Shown: piece by piece, positions 8,950 to 17,581 of the stretch | Layout of the letters: the number at the start of each line of letters is the position of its first letter | Position numbering within the stretch: the stretch's first letter is position 1 | Virus record (IMG/VR): IMGVR_UViG_3300025458_000007 | Location: 1-36,934 of that record | DNA from: a virus | Lineage: Duplodnaviria; Caudoviricetes | DNA: 36,934 bases | Strand: one strand, 5' to 3' | The notes under the pieces: generated by a model | The model's input: the letters and a program-made list of their open reading frames with translations, nothing else | What the model was told of the DNA's origin: nothing | Database searches by the model: none | Program-made: the position numbers and the translations under genes

Positions 8950-9036
8950 ACACTATTTGTTCCACAGTACCTGTAGTGTAGGGTACACTCTTTTAGAGGC
9001 TCGGGGGAGTAACCAATTAGAACATTGAGGAAAGAA

Positions 9037-9192
9037 ATGGATTATTTAGAAAAATGTGAAGAAATGGCGGAAGATTATGCAGACCGCGTAGCAGTACAAG
9101 GCGTTGACTATGATGACGCGTTTGACTACTACCTTAACAAGTGCATAAAAGAACATAAGGATGAGGAACCGGATGAAATCGACTTTAACTAA
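9037..9192 (+). CDS. 51-aa highly acidic protein (MDYLEKCEEMAEDYADRVAVQGVDYDDAFDYYLNKCIKEHKDEEPDEIDFN)
   Basis: Translated by hand (below the ORF-track cut-off); GAGG upstream; overlaps the exonuclease start; 18 of 51 residues are Asp/Glu. Confidence 0.65.
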   Translation: MDYLEKCEEMAEDYADRVAVQGVDYDDAFDYYLNKCIKEHKDEEPDEIDFN

Positions 9193-9844
9193 ACCGTGGA
9201 GTTACTCAGCGCTAACAGCGTTCGAGACGTGCCCACGTAGATACCAACTGACACGAGTAACTAAAGAGGCTCACGAGAAACAACACGAAGCATCGCTTTG
9301 GGGTAACAAAGTACACAAGCACCTCGAGGACTACGCCAACAAGAAAGCAAGACTACCGGCGGACTTACAAAAGTACGCTAAATACGTGGACAAGATATTC
9401 ACGTACGAAGGCAAGCGTATCGTTGAGCAACGTATGGCTATCAACAACAACTTCAAGCCTACCAAGTGGATGGCGAAGGACGTATGGTGTAGAGGTATCG
9501 TTGACATCGGTGTCGTTGGTTCCAAGACAGCATACTTATTAGATTGGAAAACGGGCAAACATAAACCCGACTCCGACCAACTGAAGCTGTTCGCCGCACT
9601 AGCGTTCATATATTACCCTTGGGTGGAGAAGATAGTGTGCGGCTTCATTTGGCTTAAGGTAGGTAAGTTCGATAAGGAGACCTACACGCGTGAGGACATC
9701 ACAGAGATATGGGCAGAGTTCTTGCCTAGAACTGAGCGCTTAGGTATTGCATTTGACACCGATAAGTGGCAAGCCAAACCGTCAGGACTGTGTCGCAATT
9801 GGTGCCCGGTCGGTAGTAAGCTATGTGAATTTTGTGGAGTATAG
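9173..9844 (+). CDS. PD-(D/E)xK Cas4-like exonuclease
   Basis: WSYS....FETCPR, GNKVH, GIVD...DWKTGK, QLKLFA and C-terminal CRNWCPV...C (split Cys cluster). Start at 9161 or 9173. Confidence 0.88.
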   Translation: MKSTLTKPWSYSALTAFETCPRRYQLTRVTKEAHEKQHEASLWGNKVHKHLEDYANKKARLPADLQKYAKYVDKIFTYEGKRIVEQRMAINNNFKPTKWMAKDVWCRGIVDIGVVGSKTAYLLDWKTGKHKPDSDQLKLFAALAFIYYPWVEKIVCGFIWLKVGKFDKETYTREDITEIWAEFLPRTERLGIAFDTDKWQAKPSGLCRNWCPVGSKLCEFCGV

Positions 9845-9847
9845 ATT

Positions 9848-10147
9848 ATGGGTATGACACCTGAAGGTAAAGTTAAAAAGAAAGTCAAAGAGTATTTAGT
9901 ATCAATAGGTGCGTGGTACTACATGCCGGTTTCAAACGGCATGGGACGTTCGGGATGTCCCGACATCTTAGTATGTTACAAAGGTCGATTCATGGCTTTT
10001 GAAACTAAGGCACCGGGGAAGTTAAAGAACACGACTCCGAACCAAGACAGAGAGATTGCAGGTATCAATGCAGCCGAAGGTCTTGCTATCGTAGTTGACG
10101 ACGTTGAACAAGTTAAGGAGGTAATAGATGCCAAAAACATCAGCTAA
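9848..10147 (+). CDS. VRR-NUC domain nuclease (putative Holliday junction resolvase)
   Basis: TPEGKVK...GRSGCPDIL...AFETKA...T.NQ pattern. Confidence 0.88.
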   Translation: MGMTPEGKVKKKVKEYLVSIGAWYYMPVSNGMGRSGCPDILVCYKGRFMAFETKAPGKLKNTTPNQDREIAGINAAEGLAIVVDDVEQVKEVIDAKNIS

Positions 10148-10400
10148 GTCGCTTAAAACCAAGGCGGCATACAACAAGAAACCAAGTGTACAAGCAAAAC
10201 GAGTGTTGCAGAACAAAGCACGACGACACGCACTAGCTAAAGGTACAGTTAAAAAGGGAGACGGTAAAGACGTTGACCATAAGAAACCTTTAGCTAAGGG
10301 CGGTAGTGGTAACGACTCAAACACACGGGTGGTTAGTCAGAAGAAAAACAGAGGTTGGAGAAAAGACAAACCTGAAATGTATAAAAAAAGGAGTAAGTAA
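10128..10400 (+). CDS. Small HNH endonuclease-like protein
   Basis: DVDHKKPLAKGG....N.RVV....NR (H-N-N); very basic. Confidence 0.8.
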   Translation: MPKTSAKSLKTKAAYNKKPSVQAKRVLQNKARRHALAKGTVKKGDGKDVDHKKPLAKGGSGNDSNTRVVSQKKNRGWRKDKPEMYKKRSK

Positions 10401-10637
10401 ATGCAAGCAAATGATAGGCAAGTCAGCGGTACTCACTACCAGACTGATATCCAGCCTTGGGACTTTATAGTCGCAAACAAACTCGGTTACTTGGAGGGCA
10501 ACATCATTAAGTATGTGTGTCGCTACAAAGAAAAGAACGGTATTGTAGACCTACATAAGGCACAGCACTATTTGTATAAGTTAATCGAGGGGTTGGAAAA
10601 TGTTAGTATTGAAGAAAAAGAGGGCGCTAGTACTTAA
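10401..10637 (+). CDS. DUF3310 (SaV-like / T7 gp1.7-like) protein
   Basis: QVSGTHY...IQPWDFI......YLEGNIIKYVCRY..KNG..DL.KA.HYL signature. Confidence 0.85.
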   Translation: MQANDRQVSGTHYQTDIQPWDFIVANKLGYLEGNIIKYVCRYKEKNGIVDLHKAQHYLYKLIEGLENVSIEEKEGAST

Positions 10638-12171
10638 GGTTAAAGATACCTCTAAGATATTAAGCGTCATATCGTCAGCTAAGACGATAACTGTAAAAGG
10701 GGAAACACTAGTAGCAGTGCCCCATAATATAGAAGAAACTAAAGTGCTACGAAACTTAGGTTTCGATGCGCCTGCACCGATAAGACACCACTATGATTGG
10801 CCGGGTAGGTTCAAGCCGTTTATGGCTCAACGGGAAGCGGCTGCTTTCTTATCTATGTATAAGCGAGCGTTCAACTTAAGTGAGTTAGGTACGGGTAAGT
10901 CACTAGCGTCGCTATGGGCGTACGACTATCTTAGAAGTGTAGGTGTACTAAACAAGGTACTAATAGTAGCCCCGCTTTCCACGTTGGAAAGGACATGGGC
11001 CGACGAGATATTCAACCACTTCACGCACTTAACGTGTGTGGTGGTTCACGGCACTAGAGCTAAGAGATTGAAACTGTTAGCGCAAGACGTAGATGTATAT
11101 ATTATTAACCATGATGGTGTTGCTATCGTAGAAGAAAGTCTACGCGCCAGACAAGACATAAATCTGGTCATCGTCGACGAGATTGCTCAGTGTGCTAGAA
11201 ATGCGGCGACCGATAAGTGGAAGACAATAAACGCAGTAGTGAACAAGCACAAGGACAAAAGGTGGTGTTGGGGTATGACTGGAACGCCGACTCCTAACGC
11301 CCCAACTGACGCATGGGCGCAGTGCAAGCTTTTGGTTCCCGATAAGGTTCCGCTGTATTTCAACAGATTTAAGATGCAAGTCATGCGTCAGATAACTCAG
11401 TTTATATGGCAACCTAAACCCGACGCGCTAGATACGGTTAAAGAGGTTATGCAACCGTCAGTTAGATTCACTAGGGACGAGTGTGTAGACCTACCCCCTC
11501 TAATGTACGAGACCCGACAAGTGGCGTTAACCAAGGAACAGAATAAGGCCTACAATGAGATGCTTAATAGGTTACAGACCCAAGCAGACACGGGGGCTAT
11601 TACTGCGGTTAACGAAGCGGTTAAGATGGCTAAGTTAATTCAAATAGCATGTGGTGTTGTGTATGCCGACGACGGTAGTGAAGTAACTATACCATCGAAC
11701 CCAAGGATACAAGAAACAAAAGATATTATCAGCGCTGCTGAAGGTAAAGTAATTGTGTTCGTACCTTATGTATCGTCAGTCAAGATGGTGTCTAGGGAAC
11801 TAGCTAAGCACTTCACAGTAGAAACTATTTACGGCGGAGTTAGTAAGAATGAGCGCGACCGTATATTTGGGGAGTTCCAAAAGGGTAAAGACTTAAAAGT
11901 TATTGTGGCACAACCTGCAGCGATGTCTCACGGACTTACCCTAACAGCGGCTAGTACTATCGTTTGGTACTCATGCGTAACATCGAACGAAACCTTCGAG
12001 CAAGCTAATGGTCGTATCAACAGACCGGGGCAGAAAATGAACAACTTTATTATCATGTTGGAAGGCACAAAAGTAGAACAACGTATGTACAAAAGGCTTA
12101 AGAACAAGCAGAAAATGCAAGGTGCTCTACTGGAAGAAATAAAAGCGCATAGAGGTAAACATATTGCTTGA
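10600..12171 (+). CDS. SNF2-family (SF2) helicase
   Basis: Q motif PFMAQ, Walker A LGTGKS, VAPLS, VIVDE, MTGTP, HGLTLT, QANGRINRPGQ. Confidence 0.92.
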   Translation: MLVLKKKRALVLKVKDTSKILSVISSAKTITVKGETLVAVPHNIEETKVLRNLGFDAPAPIRHHYDWPGRFKPFMAQREAAAFLSMYKRAFNLSELGTGKSLASLWAYDYLRSVGVLNKVLIVAPLSTLERTWADEIFNHFTHLTCVVVHGTRAKRLKLLAQDVDVYIINHDGVAIVEESLRARQDINLVIVDEIAQCARNAATDKWKTINAVVNKHKDKRWCWGMTGTPTPNAPTDAWAQCKLLVPDKVPLYFNRFKMQVMRQITQFIWQPKPDALDTVKEVMQPSVRFTRDECVDLPPLMYETRQVALTKEQNKAYNEMLNRLQTQADTGAITAVNEAVKMAKLIQIACGVVYADDGSEVTIPSNPRIQETKDIISAAEGKVIVFVPYVSSVKMVSRELAKHFTVETIYGGVSKNERDRIFGEFQKGKDLKVIVAQPAAMSHGLTLTAASTIVWYSCVTSNETFEQANGRINRPGQKMNNFIIMLEGTKVEQRMYKRLKNKQKMQGALLEEIKAHRGKHIA

Positions 12172-12196
12172 CACGCTAAAAGGTTTAGTGTATTCT
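12168..12196 (+). promoter_or_regulatory. Sigma70-type promoter
   Basis: TTGACA (12168-12173), 17-nt spacer, TATTCT (12191-12196), upstream of the AlpA-like gene. The spacer contains a short inverted repeat, CTAAA/TTTAG. Confidence 0.7.
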
Positions 12197-12235
12197 TGTA
12201 CTCTCTTGAACACATACGGAAGGACTTGAATACAC

Positions 12236-12430
12236 ATGAACTTACTTAGACCGGAAGAAGTTTCGGAAAAATTAGGAATTACGAAGGGCGCTTTACCGGC
12301 TCTACGTAGGCGTGAAGTTAGTTTCCCACAACCTATAAGAGTCTCGCAAAAGGTTCTTCGTTGGGACGAGGCTGACATTAACAATTGGTTAGCAGATAAA
12401 AAGGAGAGTAGTAATGGCAAAAGCGAGTGA
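12236..12430 (+). CDS. AlpA/excisionase-like HTH protein
   Basis: LLRPEEVSEKLGIT......RR....FPQPIRVS....RWDEADI..WL. Confidence 0.85.
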   Translation: MNLLRPEEVSEKLGITKGALPALRRREVSFPQPIRVSQKVLRWDEADINNWLADKKESSNGKSE

Positions 12431-12815
12431 AATGGATGATGGTTCTTTATTGAAACTATTCATCGCACTGCGCGACCGTAGAGCCCGAAGAAAAGCGGAC
12501 TACAATGCGGACGATGCAGGAGACAAAGATAAACAGAACAACATTGAAGTAGAGTTCCTAAAACGTTTTAACGAACGGGGTATAGACAACGTGTCCTCCA
12601 AGGACTCAGGTACGGCGTATCGCTCCACAAGAGTATCGGCATCAGTTGCTGACTGGGACGCTTTGCTTGAACACATCAAAGCGGATAACGCATGGGAGAT
12701 GTTGGAACGTAGGGTTAACAAGACGGCTGTACTTCAATACAAAGAAGAAAACGAAGACTTACCACCCGGTGTGAACTGGAACGAAACCCAAGTGGTTAAC
12801 TTTAGGCGTAAGTAA
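12414..12815 (+). CDS. Conserved phage replication-module protein (coiled coil plus small beta domain)
   Basis: YRSTR....V.DWD.....I......E.LE.RV..T..........LPPGV pattern, typical of the gene preceding SSB in PolA-encoding phages. Confidence 0.7.
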   Translation: MAKASEMDDGSLLKLFIALRDRRARRKADYNADDAGDKDKQNNIEVEFLKRFNERGIDNVSSKDSGTAYRSTRVSASVADWDALLEHIKADNAWEMLERRVNKTAVLQYKEENEDLPPGVNWNETQVVNFRRK

Positions 12816-12816
12816 T

Positions 12817-13689
12817 ATGAGCGACATGATTGAATTAGACGCAGGCTTACCTGCACACCTAAAAGACACTTTCAGTGGTACTAACCCGTTCGCAGCGGCA
12901 GGTAGCACGGAAGGGTTCAAACAACTTACAATTAAATCACCATCGTTCTACGTGAGTAGTAACGGAATGAGAGAAGAAATAGGAGTGGACACGTTAGACA
13001 TAGTGATACTAGCGTCGAACCCTAACAAATCCAAGGTGTACTACGCTGACGGCTTTGAAGACAGCGGGTTCGTTAAGCCGACTTGTTACTCTAACAACGG
13101 GGCTACACCTTCGGAAAATGCGGATGCACCTCAATCTAAGAAGTGTGCCATCTGTCCTCACAACCAGTGGGGCTCACGCATAACCGACAAGGGTGGTAGA
13201 GGTAAACTATGCTCAGACTCTATGCGACTGTGCGTTACCCCTTTCGATAACGTAGGTGAGCCGATGCTACTTAAGGTAACGTCGTACGCACTGAAGACCC
13301 TAGGGCAATACGGTGCGCAGTTATCCAAGCGTGGTGTTGACCCTAAGTACGTAGTAACTCAGCTAGGATTTAATTCCCAAGGTGACTACCCATCGCTAAC
13401 GTTCAAGGCTACTAGGTTCGTAGAAGAAGACGAGTTGAAACTTATAGACGGATTAGTCAAGACCGAGAAAGATGCCATCAACCGGATTACCGGTGTGGTT
13501 GACGCTCCTATTGACAATGTAGGGGGTTTTGCGATAACCCCTAAGAAAGAAGAAAAGGCTGAAGAAGCGCCGGTGAAGGTTGAGCCTAAGCCGGAAGTAA
13601 AAAAGAAAGCGCCGGAACCTAAGGTTGCTAGTGTAGAAGACTTCGACGACATAGAAGAAGCACTAGATAACTTAGATTTTGACGATTAA
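12817..13689 (+). CDS. Putative ssDNA-binding/annealing protein 1 (Cys-containing, acidic tail)
   Basis: SKVYY...PTCYSNNG..P...KKCAICPHNQWGS....G.GKLC...RL motif; Lys/Pro/Glu linker; tail IEEALDNLDFDD. Confidence 0.6.
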   Translation: MSDMIELDAGLPAHLKDTFSGTNPFAAAGSTEGFKQLTIKSPSFYVSSNGMREEIGVDTLDIVILASNPNKSKVYYADGFEDSGFVKPTCYSNNGATPSENADAPQSKKCAICPHNQWGSRITDKGGRGKLCSDSMRLCVTPFDNVGEPMLLKVTSYALKTLGQYGAQLSKRGVDPKYVVTQLGFNSQGDYPSLTFKATRFVEEDELKLIDGLVKTEKDAINRITGVVDAPIDNVGGFAITPKKEEKAEEAPVKVEPKPEVKKKAPEPKVASVEDFDDIEEALDNLDFDD

Positions 13690-13715
13690 CATTCAAGTAA
13701 AAAAGGAGAAACACC

Positions 13716-14294
13716 ATGGCTGAAATAGCTAATTATTCGTTTAACAACGTAAAAGTAATGTGGACTAAACTGCAAGCAGACAAACCTGAAGCACCATACC
13801 AAGGGGAAGGTGTTAGTAACTGGACTGTCCAAGCAGTACTAGACGACGCACAAGCGGAAAAGTATAAGGAGACGGGTTTGTTTCCTAAGTTCAAGCGCAA
13901 CCAAGAACACGACTTAGTGTTGGAAGATGGTTTACGCCAAGTGAAACTTAAAAAGTCAGCGACGTTCGGTGTGGGTGGTAAACCAAAGCGCCCTGTAGTA
14001 GTTGTGGACGAGTACGGTAATAAGGTTACTGACCTTATCGGTAACGGTTCTGTATGTAACATCCAGTGTTCAGCGCATGTTTGGACCCGTGATGGTAAGA
14101 CTAACACTTCGTTAGAGCTACAAGCGGTGCAAGTTATGGAGCTAGTAGAATATGTTGAAGGTGAAGGCGGCGACGACTTCGAACCAACTTTTGATTTCAA
14201 GAAACAGAAGAAGGTTGACCTCAAAGACGTTAAGGTTCCCGTAGAGACGGACAACATTGACGACGCACTAGACGGTTTAGACTTCGACGATTAG
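13716..14294 (+). CDS. Putative ssDNA-binding protein 2 (T7 gp2.5/DUF2815-like OB fold)
   Basis: P.VVD..G......IGNGS.CNI......L.LQAVQV.ELVEY motif; acidic tail IDDALDGLDFDD; SD AAGGAG upstream. Confidence 0.75.
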   Translation: MAEIANYSFNNVKVMWTKLQADKPEAPYQGEGVSNWTVQAVLDDAQAEKYKETGLFPKFKRNQEHDLVLEDGLRQVKLKKSATFGVGGKPKRPVVVVDEYGNKVTDLIGNGSVCNIQCSAHVWTRDGKTNTSLELQAVQVMELVEYVEGEGGDDFEPTFDFKKQKKVDLKDVKVPVETDNIDDALDGLDFDD

Positions 14295-14309
14295 TATCGT
14301 CAACTTAGG

Positions 14310-14333
14310 AGCCGGGGTTCGCCCCGGTTTTTT
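14310..14333 (+). terminator. Intrinsic terminator
   Basis: AGCCGGGG-TTCG-CCCCGGTT followed by a T run, 16 nt after the SSB2 stop. Confidence 0.85.
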
Positions 14334-14341
14334 ATGCTCTA

Positions 14342-14366
14342 TAAAAAGTCCACCGTGGACTTTTTA
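14342..14366. promoter_or_regulatory. Palindromic motif copy 2 (TAAAAAGTCCAC-C-GTGGACTTTTTA)
   Basis: Perfect 12-bp arms around one central base; lies between the terminator and the primase start. Confidence 0.75.
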
Positions 14367-14383
14367 AAATAACTAGGTGGAAC

Positions 14384-17326
14384 ATGGGGATTCAACAATT
14401 TTTAGAATTAGTACTACCGGACAGCGGGGCGAAGATAATAGCCTTAGCTACACCAACAGGCAAAGGTGGCGTTTGGTTTAAGTACAAGAAGTACGATAGC
14501 GCTAAGGACGCGGCGCTAGCAGCTGAGTTCTTCGACGACCAAGGTGAGACAGTTTACTTCGCAGTGAACTCTTTTGGTGATTGGTACGACGATGAACGAA
14601 AAAAGAAGAAGCGCATACGAACCCAAGAAAACGTGGTGGCGTGCCGTTCGTTGTTCGACGACTTCGACGTTGGTGGCGACGGTAAGAAAAAGTACGCTAC
14701 TAGGGAAGAAGCGCTAGCAGATATCGTTCAGTTAGCCAAGGTGTTACAACTTACCCCTACGATAACTTCGTCGGGCGGTGGGTACCACTGTTACTTCTCG
14801 CTAGATGAAGACGTTACCTCAGATGTATGGAAGGAACTGTCTGCTCTCAAGAGGGACGTCACGACTCATATGGGGCTAAAGGCTGACAGGGCTGTTGACA
14901 TGGATAGCGCTCGGATACTACGACCGGTCGGTACTCATAACCGTAAGACTAACCCTCCCGTTGAGGTTAAGTTAGTCAAGCTAGGTAAGCAGTACCCTGC
15001 GGAAACAATACGTGAAAAACTCCAAGGGTACATCAAGGACAACGACGTACAGCCTGCGCCTACTAACAACTATGACAAGAGTAAAGGGGCTAACCCGTTC
15101 GCTGCGGCGCTAGGAGATTACCCTACGGCAGACGCCAATGTAATTGCAGAGCACTGTAAGGCTATCCGCGAGTTCCGCGATAAGAAAGGTGACATACCTG
15201 AGCCTCATTGGCACAGAGCCATTGGTGTGGTTAAGCACTGTGAGAACGGTACGGAACTAATACACGAGTGGAGTAAAGGGTACAAGGGTTATACGTTTGA
15301 AGAAACCCAAGCTAAGATTGACGAGTGGGAGTTCGGGCCGACCTCATGTGTTGAGATGGATAAACACATTGAGTGTATGAAGTCTTGTGACATGGCTGAC
15401 AAGTGCAAGTTCTCAATACAGTTAGGCAACAAGGAACAAGCAGAGTCCGCTAAGGACGAAACGGAAACGGACGACGAACAGCCTGCGACAGTACCGATAA
15501 TAGAAGGGCAGAAAATTCCATATTGGCCGATGACCGGCTATCGTTGGAACGGTAAGTCATTGTCTAGGTCGATCAAGGACGACGATGGAGTTGTACACTG
15601 GAGACCGTTCTGTAGGTCGTTCATATACCCTATCAACCGTATACAAGACTCCGAGGGCACTTGGGTAATTCAGTGGCGTGCCAAAGAAAAGAATGGCAGG
15701 TGGCGTGAGTTCTTCATGCCCACCTCAGAGTTAGCGTCAACGGATATGATGGCGAAGACTCTAGCGTCGCACGAAGTCTTCTTAATGAGAACAAATAAAT
15801 CAAGGAACGACATGGCTGAATTTGCAGAAGGTCTCATCGAAACCCTCCAAGCGTGGCGTATGGAAACCAAAACATACAAGCAGTTTGGTTGGACCGAAGA
15901 CAGAAAAGGTTTCGTAATAGGAACCAACATGATTAAGCTAGAAGGCGAGGAAGAAGTACTATGCGACGAGGATATGCCGGCGGACGTAGTTGTTAACTTC
16001 GGGACCTCCGGGACTTTAGAGCAGTGGGTTGCTAATATAGACACGCTGTACAACAGACCGGGAGCAGAGCCGTTTCAGTTCGCGGTGTGCCACTCGATGG
16101 GTTCTGTACTTGTTGAACTCATGGGTTCTTCGAACTGGCACGGGCTGCCTCTCGCTTTTACTGGGTATGGTGGCACGGGTAAATCTACAGCGGCTAAGAT
16201 AGCGTGTGGTTTTTATGGAAACCCTTCCTTCATGGAACGCCAAACAGGCGAGCAGGGTTCCACACTAAACGCTGTGATTAAACGTATCGCTATTATGGGC
16301 GCCGTACCTATGTTGCTAGATGAGTTCTCAGGTAGAGCGCCAGACGAGTTAACTAGAACGGGTTACGCTTTAGCGAACGGTCGTGATAAAGAGCGCCTTG
16401 GTTCCAACGGTAAATTTAGCACAGTTGGTGGTCAGTGGTTTAAGAATAGTTTCATTACGTCGAACGACTCATTGCACGAGAACATTAGTAAACTACCTGC
16501 GGGCTTCAGAGTTGAAGCGACGCAGTTGCGCTTCTTCGAGGTACAACTACCCGAGAACTTTAGAGCCGATGTATTCCCAGACATAACACAGTCGTTTGTA
16601 GAAGACCACATGGACAACGTCTACGGCGAAGCGTGCCGACCTTTCATTAGGTTTGTTATTAAGAACCATGACTGGGTGCGTAGGCAAATAACCGCTGCTC
16701 GTGGTAAATTTAATCCAAAGTCTAGTGACGACAACAAAGAGCGTTTCTATAGAGACACTATCGTAACTGCTATAGTGGCCGGTAAGATTGCTGAGAAGAT
16801 AGGGTTAGTATCTTTTGACATAGCGGGCATGAAGAAGTGGGCACTGGAACAAATTGTTCAGATGCGCGAGAGCCGTAAAGAAAGTAACACAGATATTAGT
16901 GAGCACATCGCTCAGTTTATATCTACGCTACCGGGACGACTCATCATTACGCTTAGGTTCGGTGACGCAAGAGCCAAGAAAAAGGAAATGCCTTTAGAAC
17001 ATTTAAGGGCGCCAGCAGTTGGTAGAGTTTGCACGGAAGACAAGAAGGTGTACATAATGTCTAAAGCGGTTAACGATTGGTGTAAGGAACACGGTGTTGC
17101 TCCTGTAGCTATGAAAGAAGAATTGGACAGCGGTGGGTATTTAATATACCATGCCGATGGTAAGCCTGCCGCTAAGTGTTACATCGGCTCAGGAACAACA
17201 GTTCCAAGTGGTCAGACTCGTTGCTACGAGTTCAACTACGGTAAATTGTTTGGTGATAACGCGCCCCTCAACCTAGTTGAGACGGACGAAGGTGTTGCCA
17301 CAGAGACACTACTAGATGTAGAGTAA
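14384..17326 (+). CDS. Primase-helicase fusion (RepB/AEP-type primase, PriCT-like region, DUF927 / P-loop helicase)
   Basis: FDDFD, SSGGGYHCY, D.ARILRPVGTHNRK (primase); EPHW...WS...Y (PriCT-like); QFGW, G.GGTGKST Walker A, LLDE Walker B, NGRDKER. Confidence 0.88.
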   Translation: MGIQQFLELVLPDSGAKIIALATPTGKGGVWFKYKKYDSAKDAALAAEFFDDQGETVYFAVNSFGDWYDDERKKKKRIRTQENVVACRSLFDDFDVGGDGKKKYATREEALADIVQLAKVLQLTPTITSSGGGYHCYFSLDEDVTSDVWKELSALKRDVTTHMGLKADRAVDMDSARILRPVGTHNRKTNPPVEVKLVKLGKQYPAETIREKLQGYIKDNDVQPAPTNNYDKSKGANPFAAALGDYPTADANVIAEHCKAIREFRDKKGDIPEPHWHRAIGVVKHCENGTELIHEWSKGYKGYTFEETQAKIDEWEFGPTSCVEMDKHIECMKSCDMADKCKFSIQLGNKEQAESAKDETETDDEQPATVPIIEGQKIPYWPMTGYRWNGKSLSRSIKDDDGVVHWRPFCRSFIYPINRIQDSEGTWVIQWRAKEKNGRWREFFMPTSELASTDMMAKTLASHEVFLMRTNKSRNDMAEFAEGLIETLQAWRMETKTYKQFGWTEDRKGFVIGTNMIKLEGEEEVLCDEDMPADVVVNFGTSGTLEQWVANIDTLYNRPGAEPFQFAVCHSMGSVLVELMGSSNWHGLPLAFTGYGGTGKSTAAKIACGFYGNPSFMERQTGEQGSTLNAVIKRIAIMGAVPMLLDEFSGRAPDELTRTGYALANGRDKERLGSNGKFSTVGGQWFKNSFITSNDSLHENISKLPAGFRVEATQLRFFEVQLPENFRADVFPDITQSFVEDHMDNVYGEACRPFIRFVIKNHDWVRRQITAARGKFNPKSSDDNKERFYRDTIVTAIVAGKIAEKIGLVSFDIAGMKKWALEQIVQMRESRKESNTDISEHIAQFISTLPGRLIITLRFGDARAKKKEMPLEHLRAPAVGRVCTEDKKVYIMSKAVNDWCKEHGVAPVAMKEELDSGGYLIYHADGKPAAKCYIGSGTTVPSGQTRCYEFNYGKLFGDNAPLNLVETDEGVATETLLDVE

Positions 17327-17327
17327 T

Positions 17328-17581
17328 TCCCCTGCGGGGACGTTTGTTATGTTTTACCCCGCAACGGCGCCAGCAAGAGGTGTGCTGTTAAAAAACACTT
17401 GCAGCTAGGGCATCCCCAACCTAGTCTCTTTATTCATGAGGCGATTTCCAGGGGGTGTGACCTAGCCGACTAGCCGCCGAGACGGGCTACCTAATTCACC
17501 ACGAAAAAAGACCTGGAAAAAGAGAGTAAACCAGGCCTTAAGTGGTACTTTTAAGCCGTTACCAAGGCGAGCGATGAATAA
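17328..17581. ncRNA. Candidate structured non-coding element at the convergence of the two arms
   Basis: No credible ORF; at least five helices identified by eye (see findings). No known RNA family recognised; strand unknown. Confidence 0.4.

Noticed and set aside
8950-9000. Promoter or hairpin after the polymerase gene (ACACTA/TAGTGT; TTGTTC...TAGGGT)
   Set aside because: The stem is short and the -10 match poor; not distinguishable from chance.
9173-9844. Cas4-like gene as evidence of a CRISPR-Cas system
   Set aside because: Solo Cas4-like PD-(D/E)xK exonucleases are routine in phage replication modules; there is no array or other cas gene.
503-16617. The - strand ORFs opposite the early and replication genes
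   Set aside because: Antisense shadows (Ser/Leu-rich) fully overlapping well-supported + strand genes.
7030-17326. Introns or inteins in the polymerase, helicase or primase
   Set aside because: Motif spacing and lengths are normal and I saw no intein-like insertions; the HNH gene is free-standing.
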